From IMG/VR virus record IMGVR_UViG_3300021401_000002: a stretch of 64,000 bases of DNA; one strand, written 5' to 3'. The position numbers were made by a program, and so were the translations under genes. Below are positions 1 to 9,840 of this stretch, piece after piece. The notes below the pieces were generated by a model. The model was not told the DNA's origin. It worked only from the letters and a program-made list of their open reading frames with translations, and ran no database searches. The stretch is from an uncultured virus (IMG/VR IMGVR_UViG_3300021401_000002) (taxonomy: Duplodnaviria > Heunggongvirae > Uroviricota > Caudoviricetes). Every line of letters begins with the position of its first letter. The stretch's first letter is position 1.

Positions 1-56
1 CTTCTCACAACGCCCAATGCGTTTCGACGGGGAGACGGGGTAACGGGGGAAGGGGG

Positions 57-392
57 TCACGAAGGGTTGGACGTGAGCCTCGCAATGCGGAGTGCGAGCT
101 TGCCGGCTGGAGTGACTCGGTCGTGATAAACGGCGACGTCGTTCGTTGAGCACAAGGTGCATTCGTACGCCTGCACGCGACGATCGTGAGCGAGTTGCGT
201 CATGACGTCGAAAGGCAGCGCTTCCTCCGGCTTTGCTTCGGGGTGGTCGGGGCCCCTGCATTCGTCGTTGCCGAGGGATTCGAGGATCTCGGCTTCGGTT
301 GTCGTGAGAGGTTTCATCGTGTTGAGTTGCATTCTCTCTCCTAGACTGGGTCGGGGCAACCAGCGGCTACGATTGGGGACACCTGAACACAA
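57..392 (-). CDS. Small winged-helix-like phage protein
   Basis: LTTTEAEILESL...VTPAGKLALR; shares the T-x-x-G-x-x-A-L ending with several other small ORFs in the window; true start may be downstream (MQLN/MKPL). Confidence 0.45.
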   Translation of the reverse strand: MCSGVPNRSRWLPRPSLGERMQLNTMKPLTTTEAEILESLGNDECRGPDHPEAKPEEALPFDVMTQLAHDRRVQAYECTLCSTNDVAVYHDRVTPAGKLALRIARLTSNPS

Positions 393-474
393 TTTACTTG
401 CTCTCTGATAAGTATTCGCGTAGGCGTTGAATTCCTATCTGCTGAGACTAGCAGACGGATGAAAGAGGTCTGAT

Positions 475-1053
475 ATGAATTCTCTCCAGAAGACGATTCA
501 AGGGTTGGTCGAGGACGCGGCCCGCGAAATGGCGCAAGGACTCGCAGAAGGCGTACTCAGTGCGGTACGCTCGGGCTCAGTGGACGAGCTTCTGAATGGC
601 CATGGCAGCGGAAGTGGCGCTCGAGCGTCGAGCCGTGGTTCCGCGACACACGCTTCGAAGAAGACCTTTTCGACCTCCTCGGGCGGTCGTCTTGGTCGTC
701 GCTCGCTCGAAGACATCGACGCGATGGCTGGGCGTATCGTTCAAACTGTTCGCTTGGCCGGCAAAGAGGGAATGCGGGCAGAGGTCATTCGCGAGAAGCT
801 TGGAATCGAGCGCAAGGAACTTCCGCGTCCGCTTGTACAGGCTCTCGAAGCTGGCTGGCTCAAGACGACAGGACAGAAGAGAGCGACCACTTATTTCGTC
901 GGAAGCGCGAAGAAGACCTCTCTGAAGACCTCTCCGAAGACTTCCTCAAAGAAGATCTCTTCGAAGACCTCTTCGAAGACCTCTTCGAAACGAGCAGCGA
1001 AAAAGGGCAAGCGTATGACGACGAAGAAGGTTGCGAAGAGGGGCAAGCGGTGA
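475..1053 (+). CDS. Histone-like/nucleoid DNA-binding protein with wHTH-like core and K/S-rich tail
   Basis: SD-like GAGG before ATG; core GMRAEVIREKLGIERKELPRPL...TGQKRATTYF; C-terminal KTSS repeats. Confidence 0.7.
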   Translation: MNSLQKTIQGLVEDAAREMAQGLAEGVLSAVRSGSVDELLNGHGSGSGARASSRGSATHASKKTFSTSSGGRLGRRSLEDIDAMAGRIVQTVRLAGKEGMRAEVIREKLGIERKELPRPLVQALEAGWLKTTGQKRATTYFVGSAKKTSLKTSPKTSSKKISSKTSSKTSSKRAAKKGKRMTTKKVAKRGKR

Positions 1054-1289
1054 GTGGCGAAGTTTGGTACTTCGATCGCGCTATCGAAGCTCTCGTCTTT
1101 GTTGACTCGTCGAAGTCGCCTCCGAATATCGGAGCGTGGGAAAAGGCTGCGTGGGAGGCGACTGGTTTTACGCTCGACGGCGTCAGACTCCTCCCTGCGG
1201 TTCCTGCAAACATTCACAATGCGCTCGTCATGAATCCCAGTGCGTGGAAACGAGCGATGGCTCCGTCTCTCGTGTTGAGGCATTCGTGA
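1050..1289 (+). CDS. Hypothetical protein
   Basis: GTGA overlap with the upstream gene. Confidence 0.5.
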   Translation: MSGEVWYFDRAIEALVFVDSSKSPPNIGAWEKAAWEATGFTLDGVRLLPAVPANIHNALVMNPSAWKRAMAPSLVLRHS

Positions 1290-1295
1290 TGGACC

Positions 1296-1811
1296 ATGAA
1301 GCGTAAGATCGTCCACGTTACGAGCCATGGCCCGCTCTCTTTTTCCAAGACCGTCGAGATCGGTTGGGAAGATGCGTGGCTTCGCACCCATTCAGGGCGT
1401 CATCCTCTGAGGCTCGCGCCGTGTCTCGTGTCGCGCGAGCATCTTCGTTCCGACATCGCGCTCGCCGAGAAGATCGCAAGTGATCCGAAGGCGACGACGC
1501 AAGACTTCCACCGGCAAGAAACTGCGGAATTGCGCGTGCTCCTTGAGAAGCTCGATGCGCGCGGGTTCGTCGTCGACCACGAGCCCAAGATCACGTGTCG
1601 CGGAAGAGGCGATCCTGGTCGGGACTTCGCTCTTGCTAACGTGTACACGAGCCGCGCTTGGATCAATTACGACGAGGCCGAGCGCATGCTCGACGCGTAT
1701 CTCGCGGCGCTCGAGATCTGCAACGTCGTCTACAAGTGGAAAGGCTCGCGCTTCGTCGCGTGGCCGACGACGATCAGCGCCAACGCGATCACGGCGAAGG
1801 CGCATCAATGA
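1296..1811 (+). CDS. Hypothetical protein
   Basis: In the operon; ATGA overlap with the downstream methyltransferase. Confidence 0.6.
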   Translation: MKRKIVHVTSHGPLSFSKTVEIGWEDAWLRTHSGRHPLRLAPCLVSREHLRSDIALAEKIASDPKATTQDFHRQETAELRVLLEKLDARGFVVDHEPKITCRGRGDPGRDFALANVYTSRAWINYDEAERMLDAYLAALEICNVVYKWKGSRFVAWPTTISANAITAKAHQ

Positions 1812-2413
1812 CGATTCAGTACTCGGAGACCAAGGTTCGCGTGCTATGCGCGGACCCGCCCTGGCAGTTCGGGGACAAGCTCCCCGGCCCGTCGCGCGGC
1901 GCTGAGAAGAACTATTCGGTGCTCTCGCAAGAAGGCATTGAGAAGTTTCCGCTTCCGTCGCTTGCGAACGACGCGCTCTTGTTCTTGTGGCGTGTTTCGT
2001 CGCAGGTCGAAGAAGCCTATCGTGTCATGCGTGCTTGGGGCTTCGTTCCCAAGACGGAGATCATCTGGCTCAAGAAGACGTCTTCGGGCAAGCGTTGGTT
2101 TGGGATGGGCCGAATTGTGCGCGCCGAACACGAGACGTGCATCGTCGGCAAGCGCGGGAAGGTGGATGTACTCTGCAAGAACATCCGTTCAACGTTCGAG
2201 GCGCCCGCAGGAGCCCACTCCGAGAAACCAGAGATTTTCTACACCGACATCGTCGAAAAACTCACCCCTGGTCCTTATGTGGAGCTCTTCGCACGAAGGC
2301 GGCGAAAGGGCTGGGAATCTTACGGAGACGGCTTGCCTATGGAGCCGTCTGGAACCCAAGAAAATTTGCGCGAAGGTTCGTCGGTTCGTATTCCCGGAGT
2401 TGGCGAACTGTGA
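1808..2413 (+). CDS. MT-A70 family N6-adenine methyltransferase
   Basis: ADPPW catalytic motif; LFLW, AWGF..KTEIIWLK, GMG..VR..HE, HSEKPE, ELFAR motifs. Confidence 0.92.
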   Translation: MTIQYSETKVRVLCADPPWQFGDKLPGPSRGAEKNYSVLSQEGIEKFPLPSLANDALLFLWRVSSQVEEAYRVMRAWGFVPKTEIIWLKKTSSGKRWFGMGRIVRAEHETCIVGKRGKVDVLCKNIRSTFEAPAGAHSEKPEIFYTDIVEKLTPGPYVELFARRRRKGWESYGDGLPMEPSGTQENLREGSSVRIPGVGEL

Positions 2414-2550
2414 CGGTTCGAAAGATTTTGTTTGACGCGTACTGAGTGATAAGGCAGTACGTCAACCTCGTTTATTCTTCTTAGACTTGCGTGCGATAGC
2501 TTATCCAAACAGAAATCAAACAATCACCAATCCAAATAGGATGTGCAATC

Positions 2551-3099
2551 ATGGCGAAACGAGAATTGAAGGGTCAGGAGTTCATTCGTTGCGAGGCTTT
2601 CTGGCAACCGGATGACGTCGGCGAGTCGTTCACGGGCATCTTGCTCGATGTGAACGAGAAGATGGTGGACAAGATGAGCGGCAAGGACCGCCCCTTGTAC
2701 ATCTTCGCGTACACGCCACAGAAAGGCGAGCGCGCTACGCTCGTGCTCGAGAAGGAAGTCGTGAAGCTCAAGCCGGGACAGATTTGCGGCGTCAACTCGG
2801 CGTCGGAGATCGACTCGAAGCTCGGGCAACATCTTGCCGAGGCGTTTGGTCACGAAGTGACGATCACGTACGTGAAGAAAGAGAACTTCACGAACAAGGC
2901 CGGCGCGGCACGTTCGATCAAGCGTTACAAAGTCGAAGTCGACGATACGCTTCACACGGGTTCGCATACGCGCGACGGCAAGACCGTTACGTACGCGAGC
3001 TACGAGCGGAAGGACGCAAAGCCCATTGGTGCGGCGACAGAGCGTGAGACAACGACTTCGAGTCCCGTCCCTTTCGACGTTCCCGACACCGCGAACTGA
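2551..3099 (+). CDS. Putative OB-fold ssDNA-binding-like protein
   Basis: FWQPDDVGESFTG...VTITYVKKE...RYKVEV beta-rich pattern; acidic/Pro-Phe tail (VPFDVPD). Confidence 0.5.
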   Translation: MAKRELKGQEFIRCEAFWQPDDVGESFTGILLDVNEKMVDKMSGKDRPLYIFAYTPQKGERATLVLEKEVVKLKPGQICGVNSASEIDSKLGQHLAEAFGHEVTITYVKKENFTNKAGAARSIKRYKVEVDDTLHTGSHTRDGKTVTYASYERKDAKPIGAATERETTTSSPVPFDVPDTAN

Positions 3100-3180
3100 G
3101 CAACCAAAGCTTCGCTGCTTTGTTCGTCACTCAGCAGCGGTAGGCGGCTGACACATCGCCGAGCGTAAGAAAGGTGTGTT

Positions 3181-3221
3181 GCGGCGGGTGATCGAGAGAT
3201 CTTCCCGCCGCATTTTTATTT
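3181..3221 (+). terminator. Rho-independent terminator
   Basis: GCGGCGGG...CCCGCCGC stem followed by ATTTTTATTT. Confidence 0.8.
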
Positions 3222-3360
3222 GTGGTGCGGGTTGGCTTTGATCCACAACACAGTCTTGCTCTGAAACCTAATGCTGACTTTTGTTCGGATGTCTGTCTGC
3301 CTAAGAACTCCTACGCCATTCCAACGCTGCCTCAAAACCGTATCCGTCGCGTTCGAGTTG

Positions 3361-3489
3361 AGCGGCGGCAATGCGCTCAAGTTCTACGCATCGATGCGCC
3401 TCGAAGTCCGGCGCATCGGTCGGGTCAAGCTCGGTGACGAGATCGTCGGTGGGCGCACGCGCGTCAAGGTCGCGAAAAACAAGTTCGGG
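3361..3489 (+). pseudogene. recA: recA internal fragment (~43 codons)
   Basis: [41 protein letters not shown] matches the RecA core motif; no RecA sequence on either side. Confidence 0.9.
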
Positions 3490-3508
3490 GCAACCACGTA
3501 TTTACAGG

Positions 3509-4291
3509 TCAGAACCGCTGCTCCGTGTTGTCTGGCGGTGCTTCCGATGCTGGCGGCTCAGGCATCTCGGGTGCGGAGTCAGCGTCTTGTTTCGTCGGTT
3601 TGAAGTCGCCCAAGTACCGGATCGAATCTCGTACGGCGACGAGGTGCTCGTCCACATCGGCTTGTTCGAGCATGCGAGCCGCGTAAGCGCCCCCATCGTT
3701 CTTCGCGATCACGGCGATGTTGATTGGGGGACCGATGTACCTGGGCGCCGCGATTATGCTTCGGTCCATCACCCAGGCAGCGCCCAAGATCCCAAGGTTG
3801 AGCGATGGTTGCTTCTGCTGCCAGAGCGTGTCGCGCACAAGCGCGAGATACGCGTCCGCCATCAACTGACCGGACCCGGTCGATGCGAACCAGACTGCGC
3901 CGGTCTTCATCTCTGGTTGGAACTGTCCCAGATACTCACAAAGCGAGAGCTGGCCATTTCGCGCCATGCCGACGAGGCCGCCAAGCTCGTGTGGAGGCGC
4001 ACCTGTTGACCGAAAGTTCTGCTGGGCGACACTGCAGAGTTGGGTATGGATGAGAGTGTCGGTTGTAGGTGCCTGTGCCAGCTGGGCCCAGTTCGACTGG
4101 AATATGTCGATGTAACGCTGAGCCAGGCCGACCTGGCCGGTCATTGCGATGATGACCTGATCTGCGACGATCGAGATCTTGCATGCCGCATGTTGAATGG
4201 TGGCGCGCTGGACGTCAGGCCCGAACGTGACTGCCTGATCGGCAGCGATGACGATTCCATCCGTGCACAGGATGCCGACTAGGAGCGTCAT
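3509..4291 (-). CDS. Proteasome beta-subunit-like Ntn-hydrolase (Thr-nucleophile protease)
   Basis: N-terminal (M)[14 protein letters not shown], Lys in CKI, MTG, and STGSG motifs typical of T1 peptidases. Confidence 0.8.
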   Translation of the reverse strand: MTLLVGILCTDGIVIAADQAVTFGPDVQRATIQHAACKISIVADQVIIAMTGQVGLAQRYIDIFQSNWAQLAQAPTTDTLIHTQLCSVAQQNFRSTGAPPHELGGLVGMARNGQLSLCEYLGQFQPEMKTGAVWFASTGSGQLMADAYLALVRDTLWQQKQPSLNLGILGAAWVMDRSIIAAPRYIGPPINIAVIAKNDGGAYAARMLEQADVDEHLVAVRDSIRYLGDFKPTKQDADSAPEMPEPPASEAPPDNTEQRF

Positions 4292-4735
4292 CTATTCGTG
4301 AAAGATCGAGCGTGCCTTCATCTCTGGGAACTCGCGGTAGACGGAGGAGACGAGCTGCTGGAACGACATCGAGCGAACGTACTTCGATACGTTCGCGAAG
4401 TACTCGCACATCGCGCCGCTTAGTCCGTGATCGATCAGCACCTTGAGGCCAGCAGCCTTACCGCGATCGTTGAGCGCGAACTCGCGCGGGCCAAAGTGTG
4501 GCCTCGCGATGTTCGCGAGGCCTACACCTTCGAGGCGCTCGACCTCCTCGTACACCTGCGCATCGAACGGCCCGTAGTTGTACGGGCGGAAGGTGAAGTG
4601 TGGACCACCTACTCGGGAGCCCACTTTTCTCTCCAGCAGGAAGAAGAGCTTCTGCAGTTGAACGGGGGAGAAGTGCGCGTCGGCGTCAGCCGCGAGAACG
4701 GCCAGCACGTAGTCGGACGTCTTCATCTCAGGCAT
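4292..4735 (-). CDS. DUF4065/Panacea (SocA/GepA-like) antitoxin-fold protein
   Basis: QLQKLFFLLE and F.PYNYGPF..VYEE motifs; stop abuts the protease ATG; start at 4735 or 4726. Confidence 0.75.
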   Translation of the reverse strand: MPEMKTSDYVLAVLAADADAHFSPVQLQKLFFLLERKVGSRVGGPHFTFRPYNYGPFDAQVYEEVERLEGVGLANIARPHFGPREFALNDRGKAAGLKVLIDHGLSGAMCEYFANVSKYVRSMSFQQLVSSVYREFPEMKARSIFHE

Positions 4736-4825
4736 GGGGCACCGTACCATCTTCTCTGACGGCACAGAATGGGCCAAAATTTAGCCTATTCAAGCTCGTG
4801 TACGATTTTACGCAACTCTCGTCGC

Positions 4826-5080
4826 TCGAGCCTGAATGACGTAGTTGTCGACGATGAGGTGAATGCGTCGGGCTTTGCGGTACTGAGAGGCGACGCGAAA
4901 GAGCAGTTGAACGAAGAGCATGCTGTTCTTCTTCGGACCGTCGACCCAGGTCATCACATCGCTGTGAGCGGCGAGAGCGCCAGCGACGTAGTGCTTCACG
5001 TTTTGGCCCGGCGTCACGATGCGCCGTTGGTGGCCGCGCAGCATCCAATCTCGACCGATGCGCGGGTTGAGGGCCACGAT
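4826..5080 (-). pseudogene. IS630-family transposase (DDE_3) fragment
   Basis: LNPRIGRDWMLRG.QRRIVTPGQNVKHYVAGAL...IHLIVDNY; truncated at both ends. Confidence 0.85.
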
Positions 5081-5801
5081 ACCCGCTGAGCTCGCTGAGC
5101 GGCTTTCGCGGAACGAGGGTCAGGGTGCGCTTACCAGGCACTTGCTCCACGCAGAGCACTGGCTTTCGAAGGGCGCCGCCAACGTCGCGCCACACCTCGC
5201 GGAGCTCTGTGAGCGTAGCGCGGGCCACCGCTCCGTTCTCTCGCCTCCAACTGTAGGGCCGACCCTGGCGATCGTAGAGCACGAGACAGATTTCGAGATC
5301 GTGCGAACCTGGCGACTCCACGATGCGAAGTTCCGAGCGGCGTGGGCGCAAGCGACGAGCCTTCGTTCGATAGGTCGTGTCGCTCGCGTTCGAGAGGTGC
5401 GTGGCGATCTGGTCGTAGACGCGCTTCGCCTTCTCAGCAGCCAAAAGGCGATCTCGAGCACCGCCTTTCACCTCACCGTGCTTGAGATCGTCGATGAGCT
5501 TGTCGGCCCGCTTGATTCGGGCTTTGAATATTGGGAACCGCCAAGCACCAGCATCACACGCGCCCGTCCGCTCGCGGATTGCATCGATGACGAGGTCGCG
5601 GAGCTGGGAGTCGAGGATCTCCACCCACGGTGGAAGGCCCCTCCAGAAGTTGAGATCAAGACGGCCCGCGCTTCGCTCGACATGGGTGCCGAAGCCGTGG
5701 AGCATTCGTGTCGTCTCCTCCTGGACCTGTTTGCCCGTGCGCCCCGATCGGTAGACGAAGTCGGCGGTCGCCGTCGTGTTGCGGTGGCGTTGCGCTTTCA
5801 C
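5081..5801 (-). pseudogene. Hypothetical gene whose 3' end is replaced by the IS630 fragment
   Basis: Protein-like first ~240 aa of ORF 4728-5801, then reads out of frame through IS630 DNA. Confidence 0.4.
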
Positions 5802-6042
5802 AACGCACCTTCACCGCGGAGGAATGACGCGACGCACTCGACCTCACGACGGTGACGTGTGCAGCTGGTTATGGTGCTGCCCATGATTGGCCTAGACTTC
5901 AGACGTCGATGATCGTTGAAACCCGACGCTGCAGAGCTAGGGCCGATGCAGCACCGTCCGTTGGAACGCGAGCCTGACGAACAGCCATGCGAGAAAGACG
6001 ACGCTGCTGGTGGTTGTAGGAACAAAGAACATACCGCTCCGA

Positions 6043-6543
6043 CTATTTTCGTCGTTGCGGCGCAGACGTGAGCGGTGATCCGTCATCGCCCGTTTGATTG
6101 GAACCGATCACAGCGTCCAAGATCACACCCGTGATCGTGAGCGCGAGAACCGGGATCCCAATTGCGAGCGTGGTCTTCCAGAGCGAGAACTTCCGCATGT
6201 GGACCAGCGACAACTGCCGGAGATCGGCGGACACGGTTAGGCCATCTGGATAGGTGGTGCCGGTGAACGCGGGTCCGTTCACCTGGATTGCCCCGAACTT
6301 CTCCGGCTTGGACATTGGTGGGAGCTGGAGCTGCGACCCCGTCTCGAAGGGTACGGAGTTGCCTTCCACGTCGACGACCATGCGCGGCTCCGGTTCCGGA
6401 TAGTGGTAGCCGTTCAACGCTGCGAGAGAGTTCGGGGTGATGTCCCAAGACGAGTAGCACCCAGCGCCTGCCATGCCGAGCACGAGCACCGGTAGCAAAC
6501 GCCTCGTCACAATGTTCCTAGGTGTTTGGGCTCGTAGCGTCAT
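6043..6543 (-). CDS. Putative lipoprotein with C-terminal TM helix
   Basis: Hydrophobic signal followed by AGAGC lipobox-like motif; C-terminal hydrophobic stretch. Confidence 0.6.
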   Translation of the reverse strand: MTLRAQTPRNIVTRRLLPVLVLGMAGAGCYSSWDITPNSLAALNGYHYPEPEPRMVVDVEGNSVPFETGSQLQLPPMSKPEKFGAIQVNGPAFTGTTYPDGLTVSADLRQLSLVHMRKFSLWKTTLAIGIPVLALTITGVILDAVIGSNQTGDDGSPLTSAPQRRK

Positions 6544-6606
6544 TCCATACGACTACGCCAAACTTGGCGTGGTGCCAACACGCACCGTGCACGAGCCTGC
6601 CGCGCC

Positions 6607-6843
6607 GTGCACCGCGTCAGCCCTGTCGAGAAACAGCTCCGTCGAGCGCTCGCTCGAAACGTCCGAACCATCCGTGAGCAGCGGCGTTGGTCACTCGAGG
6701 AAGCCGCGCATCGCGCTGGCATGCACTGGCGTCACTGGCAGAAAATCGAGGCTGGCGAGCTTGGTGTAACACTCCGAACGGTCGCAAGGCTCATCGAGGC
6801 GCTCGGCACGGACATCGGTGCGCTCTTTCGGACCACTCGGTAG
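6607..6843 (+). CDS. XRE-family HTH transcriptional regulator
   Basis: NVRTIREQRRWSLEEAAHRAGM....WQKIEAG....TLRTVARLIEALG. Confidence 0.85.
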   Translation: MHRVSPVEKQLRRALARNVRTIREQRRWSLEEAAHRAGMHWRHWQKIEAGELGVTLRTVARLIEALGTDIGALFRTTR

Positions 6844-7008
6844 GGTGCGCTATTGTTGCAGGCGCCTCGCTAAAGACGCCCGGACATGACATGTGTGAGG
6901 CGTCGATGCGCGATGGCGAACCAATCTGCTGCCAACCGAGCGAAGGTCAGCAACATTCCATGTGAGTGGTGATTTATGCGCCGGCACCCGTATCAAGACT
7001 TGCCGTGA

Positions 7009-7371
7009 TCATCGTTCGATAAACTCGACTCCAGGCAAAGTCAGCTCGTGCGAGAACTCCAATTGGTGCGGAAATGGTACGAGGCTACCGTCCTTCAGCA
7101 CGACCTCGGCAATTAGTTCGAACACTCCCCAAGTCCAAATATCAAACTTGCACCTCTGATTGTCAATCATGCGCGCAACCAAACGCGGTGGCCCAACCGC
7201 CGTTGGGAGTCGGTACATCACGTGTTGAACGAATGGAAGATCGAGGCCATCTAGAAATATGAAGACCCTGTAGTTTAGGCTTTCGCCCCTTCTATATTCG
7301 ATGGTCGAACGATCATATGTGTCGGGATCAAAGGCCGAATCGTGAACCTGGAGATGGAGGCCGCGAGACAT
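7009..7371 (-). CDS. Prokaryotic YEATS (pYEATS)-domain protein
   Basis: YRVFIFLDG..L..VQHVMYRL...F.IWTWGVFELIAEV.LKDG pattern of the YEATS beta-sandwich. Confidence 0.7.
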   Translation of the reverse strand: MSRGLHLQVHDSAFDPDTYDRSTIEYRRGESLNYRVFIFLDGLDLPFVQHVMYRLPTAVGPPRLVARMIDNQRCKFDIWTWGVFELIAEVVLKDGSLVPFPHQLEFSHELTLPGVEFIER

Positions 7372-7401
7372 TCGTTCGTGTATTCTGGTTGCTTTGACGA
7401 G

Positions 7402-7908
7402 CTAAGGTTTTGGAGGCGTCGTAGGGACTACTTGGGTATGCTCGAGTTTCGGAGGCGGCGGCACCTGCTCGATCTTGTTGGACGGTTGGGTCACGTCGCC
7501 AGGGGTACCCCGCAACGGTTTTCGTTTCGATTCGCCGAAGTAATAGCCCAGCACGGACCCAAGGAGACCGCCGAGGGTCGCGGCGACGAATTCGAGACCC
7601 TTGCCGATCGCCTCGACGTCTTTGTTGGCCACTCCTGGATAGATGGCAGCAGCAAGGGTGAGCGCAAACACCACCACGAGTACCAACGCGAGAAGATGTC
7701 GGAACTCATTAATGATCCGCACGAAGAATTCGGAGACCACGTACCGGAGCGTGCTTCTGGATCCCTCCTGCCGGTCTGTCGCCGCGAAGCGTCCACGCGC
7801 GAGAATCCACGCGATCCACTGGATGAAAAGAGCGGCGGCGAAAAAGCAGCTGATAAGGACAAAAAAGCCGACCGCGTGTACCTCCAAAAACTGGAAGAAC
7901 GCAGCCAT
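7402..7908 (-). CDS. Three-TM membrane protein
   Basis: Three hydrophobic segments; GLLGSVLGYYFG motif; Pro-rich tail. Confidence 0.75.
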   Translation of the reverse strand: MAAFFQFLEVHAVGFFVLISCFFAAALFIQWIAWILARGRFAATDRQEGSRSTLRYVVSEFFVRIINEFRHLLALVLVVVFALTLAAAIYPGVANKDVEAIGKGLEFVAATLGGLLGSVLGYYFGESKRKPLRGTPGDVTQPSNKIEQVPPPPKLEHTQVVPTTPPKP

Positions 7909-7950
7909 GGTTTTAGGCTAGAGCATTGCGCGAGCGAGCGAAACTCCATG

Positions 7951-8172
7951 TCATCTCGTTGAGACCGTCGAACCAATCGCGGAGCGATTCGCGCCTAACC
8001 ACCCTTCGAGCTCGATCTCTCGCAACTTGACGCGCAGCAGCTCCTCACCGGCCTCCGACGCGTTCTTGCCGAACTTCCCTGTGCTCGCGAGCGACTCTAG
8101 CGCCGCCACAACCTGCGGCGTCGTCGATAGCTGTAGCTTGACCGTCTTGACCGAGTTCCGCGTCCGTGCCAC
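7951..8172 (-). CDS. Small ribbon-helix-helix-like regulator
   Basis: TVKLQLST strand then two helices (LESLASTGKFGKNASE). Confidence 0.55.
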   Translation of the reverse strand: MARTRNSVKTVKLQLSTTPQVVAALESLASTGKFGKNASEAGEELLRVKLREIELEGWLGANRSAIGSTVSTR

Positions 8173-8189
8173 GAGAAGACCAGATTATC

Positions 8190-8208
8190 ATAACTAGACT
8201 CTAGTTAT
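8190..8208. promoter_or_regulatory. Perfect palindrome between divergent genes (operator or res subsite)
   Basis: ATAACTAGA-C-TCTAGTTAT. Confidence 0.6.
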
Positions 8209-8213
8209 CTACG

Positions 8214-9047
8214 ATGAAAGATTCCCACTCCGAACACCCAGTTGCGGCTGTACACATACCGAACGGTGTGATTGCGCCCACACGATTGCTACGAGATGAT
8301 GAGGGGTTGAAGCTTCGACCTCGGAAAGCAATCGTTGCCGTCGCCGTCGGGTATTGTCGTGTATCGACAAGCGAACAAGACATGAGCATCGCCACTCAAG
8401 CTGCCGCGCTCGAGGAGTGGACGAGCCGTGAGGGCGTGCCGCTCCTCGTCATCTTTTACGACCGCCGCGTCAGCGGCGGTGTTGACGTCGGAGATCGGCC
8501 AGGTCTGTGCGCAGCGTTTGCCGCACTCTCCGAGCTCGGCGCATCAGTGCTTGTCGCAGCGAAGCTCGATCGATTCGCACGCGATGCGTACATCATCGGA
8601 TCCATCGATCGGATCGCCCACCGTGCTGGTGCCCGCGTCGTCACGGCGGATGGCGCGACGAAAGACGAGCTCCGCCGCGATCTCGACGTCCTCATCTCCG
8701 CACACGAGCGCAGACTCATCCGGCAACGTACGAAAGACACGCTCGCTGTGATGCGTGCTGGTGGCCGCGCAGTCGGTCGCGTTCCTTTCGGCTTTGCGCT
8801 TGCTCACGATGGTCGGCACTCGAAGCGGTGCAAGGGCAGCCCGTGCTCGGGATGCCGCAACCTCGTCCAGAACACGTCCGAGCAAGCTGTGATTGCGCGA
8901 GCCAAAACCCTCAGCGATCACGGTCTGAGTTTGCGGCGCATCGCCGCGCAGCTCGCCACCGATGGGTGCGTAGGTCGTACCGGCAATCCTCTCTCGGCGA
9001 CGCAGGTGCATCGCTTCCTTCGCCCGTTGCTCTTGAACGACGACTAA
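8214..9047 (+). CDS. Serine recombinase (resolvase catalytic domain plus recombinase domain)
   Basis: GYCRVSTSEQ, VSGG..RPGL, KLDRFARD, ERRLIRQRTK, GRVPFGF, SLRRIAAQL; start uncertain. Confidence 0.92.
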   Translation: MKDSHSEHPVAAVHIPNGVIAPTRLLRDDEGLKLRPRKAIVAVAVGYCRVSTSEQDMSIATQAAALEEWTSREGVPLLVIFYDRRVSGGVDVGDRPGLCAAFAALSELGASVLVAAKLDRFARDAYIIGSIDRIAHRAGARVVTADGATKDELRRDLDVLISAHERRLIRQRTKDTLAVMRAGGRAVGRVPFGFALAHDGRHSKRCKGSPCSGCRNLVQNTSEQAVIARAKTLSDHGLSLRRIAAQLATDGCVGRTGNPLSATQVHRFLRPLLLNDD

Positions 9048-9094
9048 CGCTAACGAACGTCGTCTCGCGCAGATCGTGCAACAATCCGCGCACG

Positions 9095-9445
9095 ATGCAA
9101 CGTGCAGCCACCCGACGCAGACGACGCGGACGACCACCATCGGATCCCGACGCGGTTGGGCCGCTGGCCTACCATCTCGGTTTGCGATTCGATGAGCGCC
9201 GCGGCGAACAACTACGGCTCCTCCTCGAAGTCGAGAACCGAGACCGTCGAGATCGCCACACGAAAGCGAAGATGACCGCGAGTTCACTCGTCGCGCGGTG
9301 GATACGGGAGCGCCTCGACTTGGAGATCCGCGCGCACGGCCTCGTTCGCGAAGTCGACAAATTCGTGCTTCGAGAACTCGACAAGGCAATCGCTCAAGAA
9401 CGGCTCGACGAGGAGCGGAAACGGAAGCGTGACAGACGTGACTGA
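9095..9445 (+). CDS. Basic putative DNA-binding protein
   Basis: RRRGRPP AT-hook-like start followed by an RHH-like pattern. Confidence 0.45.
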   Translation: MQRAATRRRRRGRPPSDPDAVGPLAYHLGLRFDERRGEQLRLLLEVENRDRRDRHTKAKMTASSLVARWIRERLDLEIRAHGLVREVDKFVLRELDKAIAQERLDEERKRKRDRRD

Positions 9446-9840
9446 TCGTATCGGGATAGGCTCTGCACTCTTACCCGCGCCTCCACCACAACTTCGCAGC
9501 GACCACCAAAACCCATTCGTTACACCGCACTGCGTCAGACCGTTCGGTTACTAGGGCCGACGTCGATGAGGTGTAACGGAACGTCGACGCGATACGTGTG
9601 GGCGCAATCGCGATCGTACGGCAAGGACTTCGGCCGCGAGGAGAGCTAGCTCCGCAGCCGGCCACACCATGACAGCGCTCTCCCGTTCGATTGCAGTGTC
9701 GCCGTGCATTGCGAAAAAAGCGCCTTCGCACGCGAGATCGTAAGCCTCTCGTCGACGTTCATTCCGACCTCCTTCGCTGACTACGGGTTTTTCGACGTTC
9801 GGGGGTTGACCGTAGTGAACCAAGGTGTTCGCATGGGACG

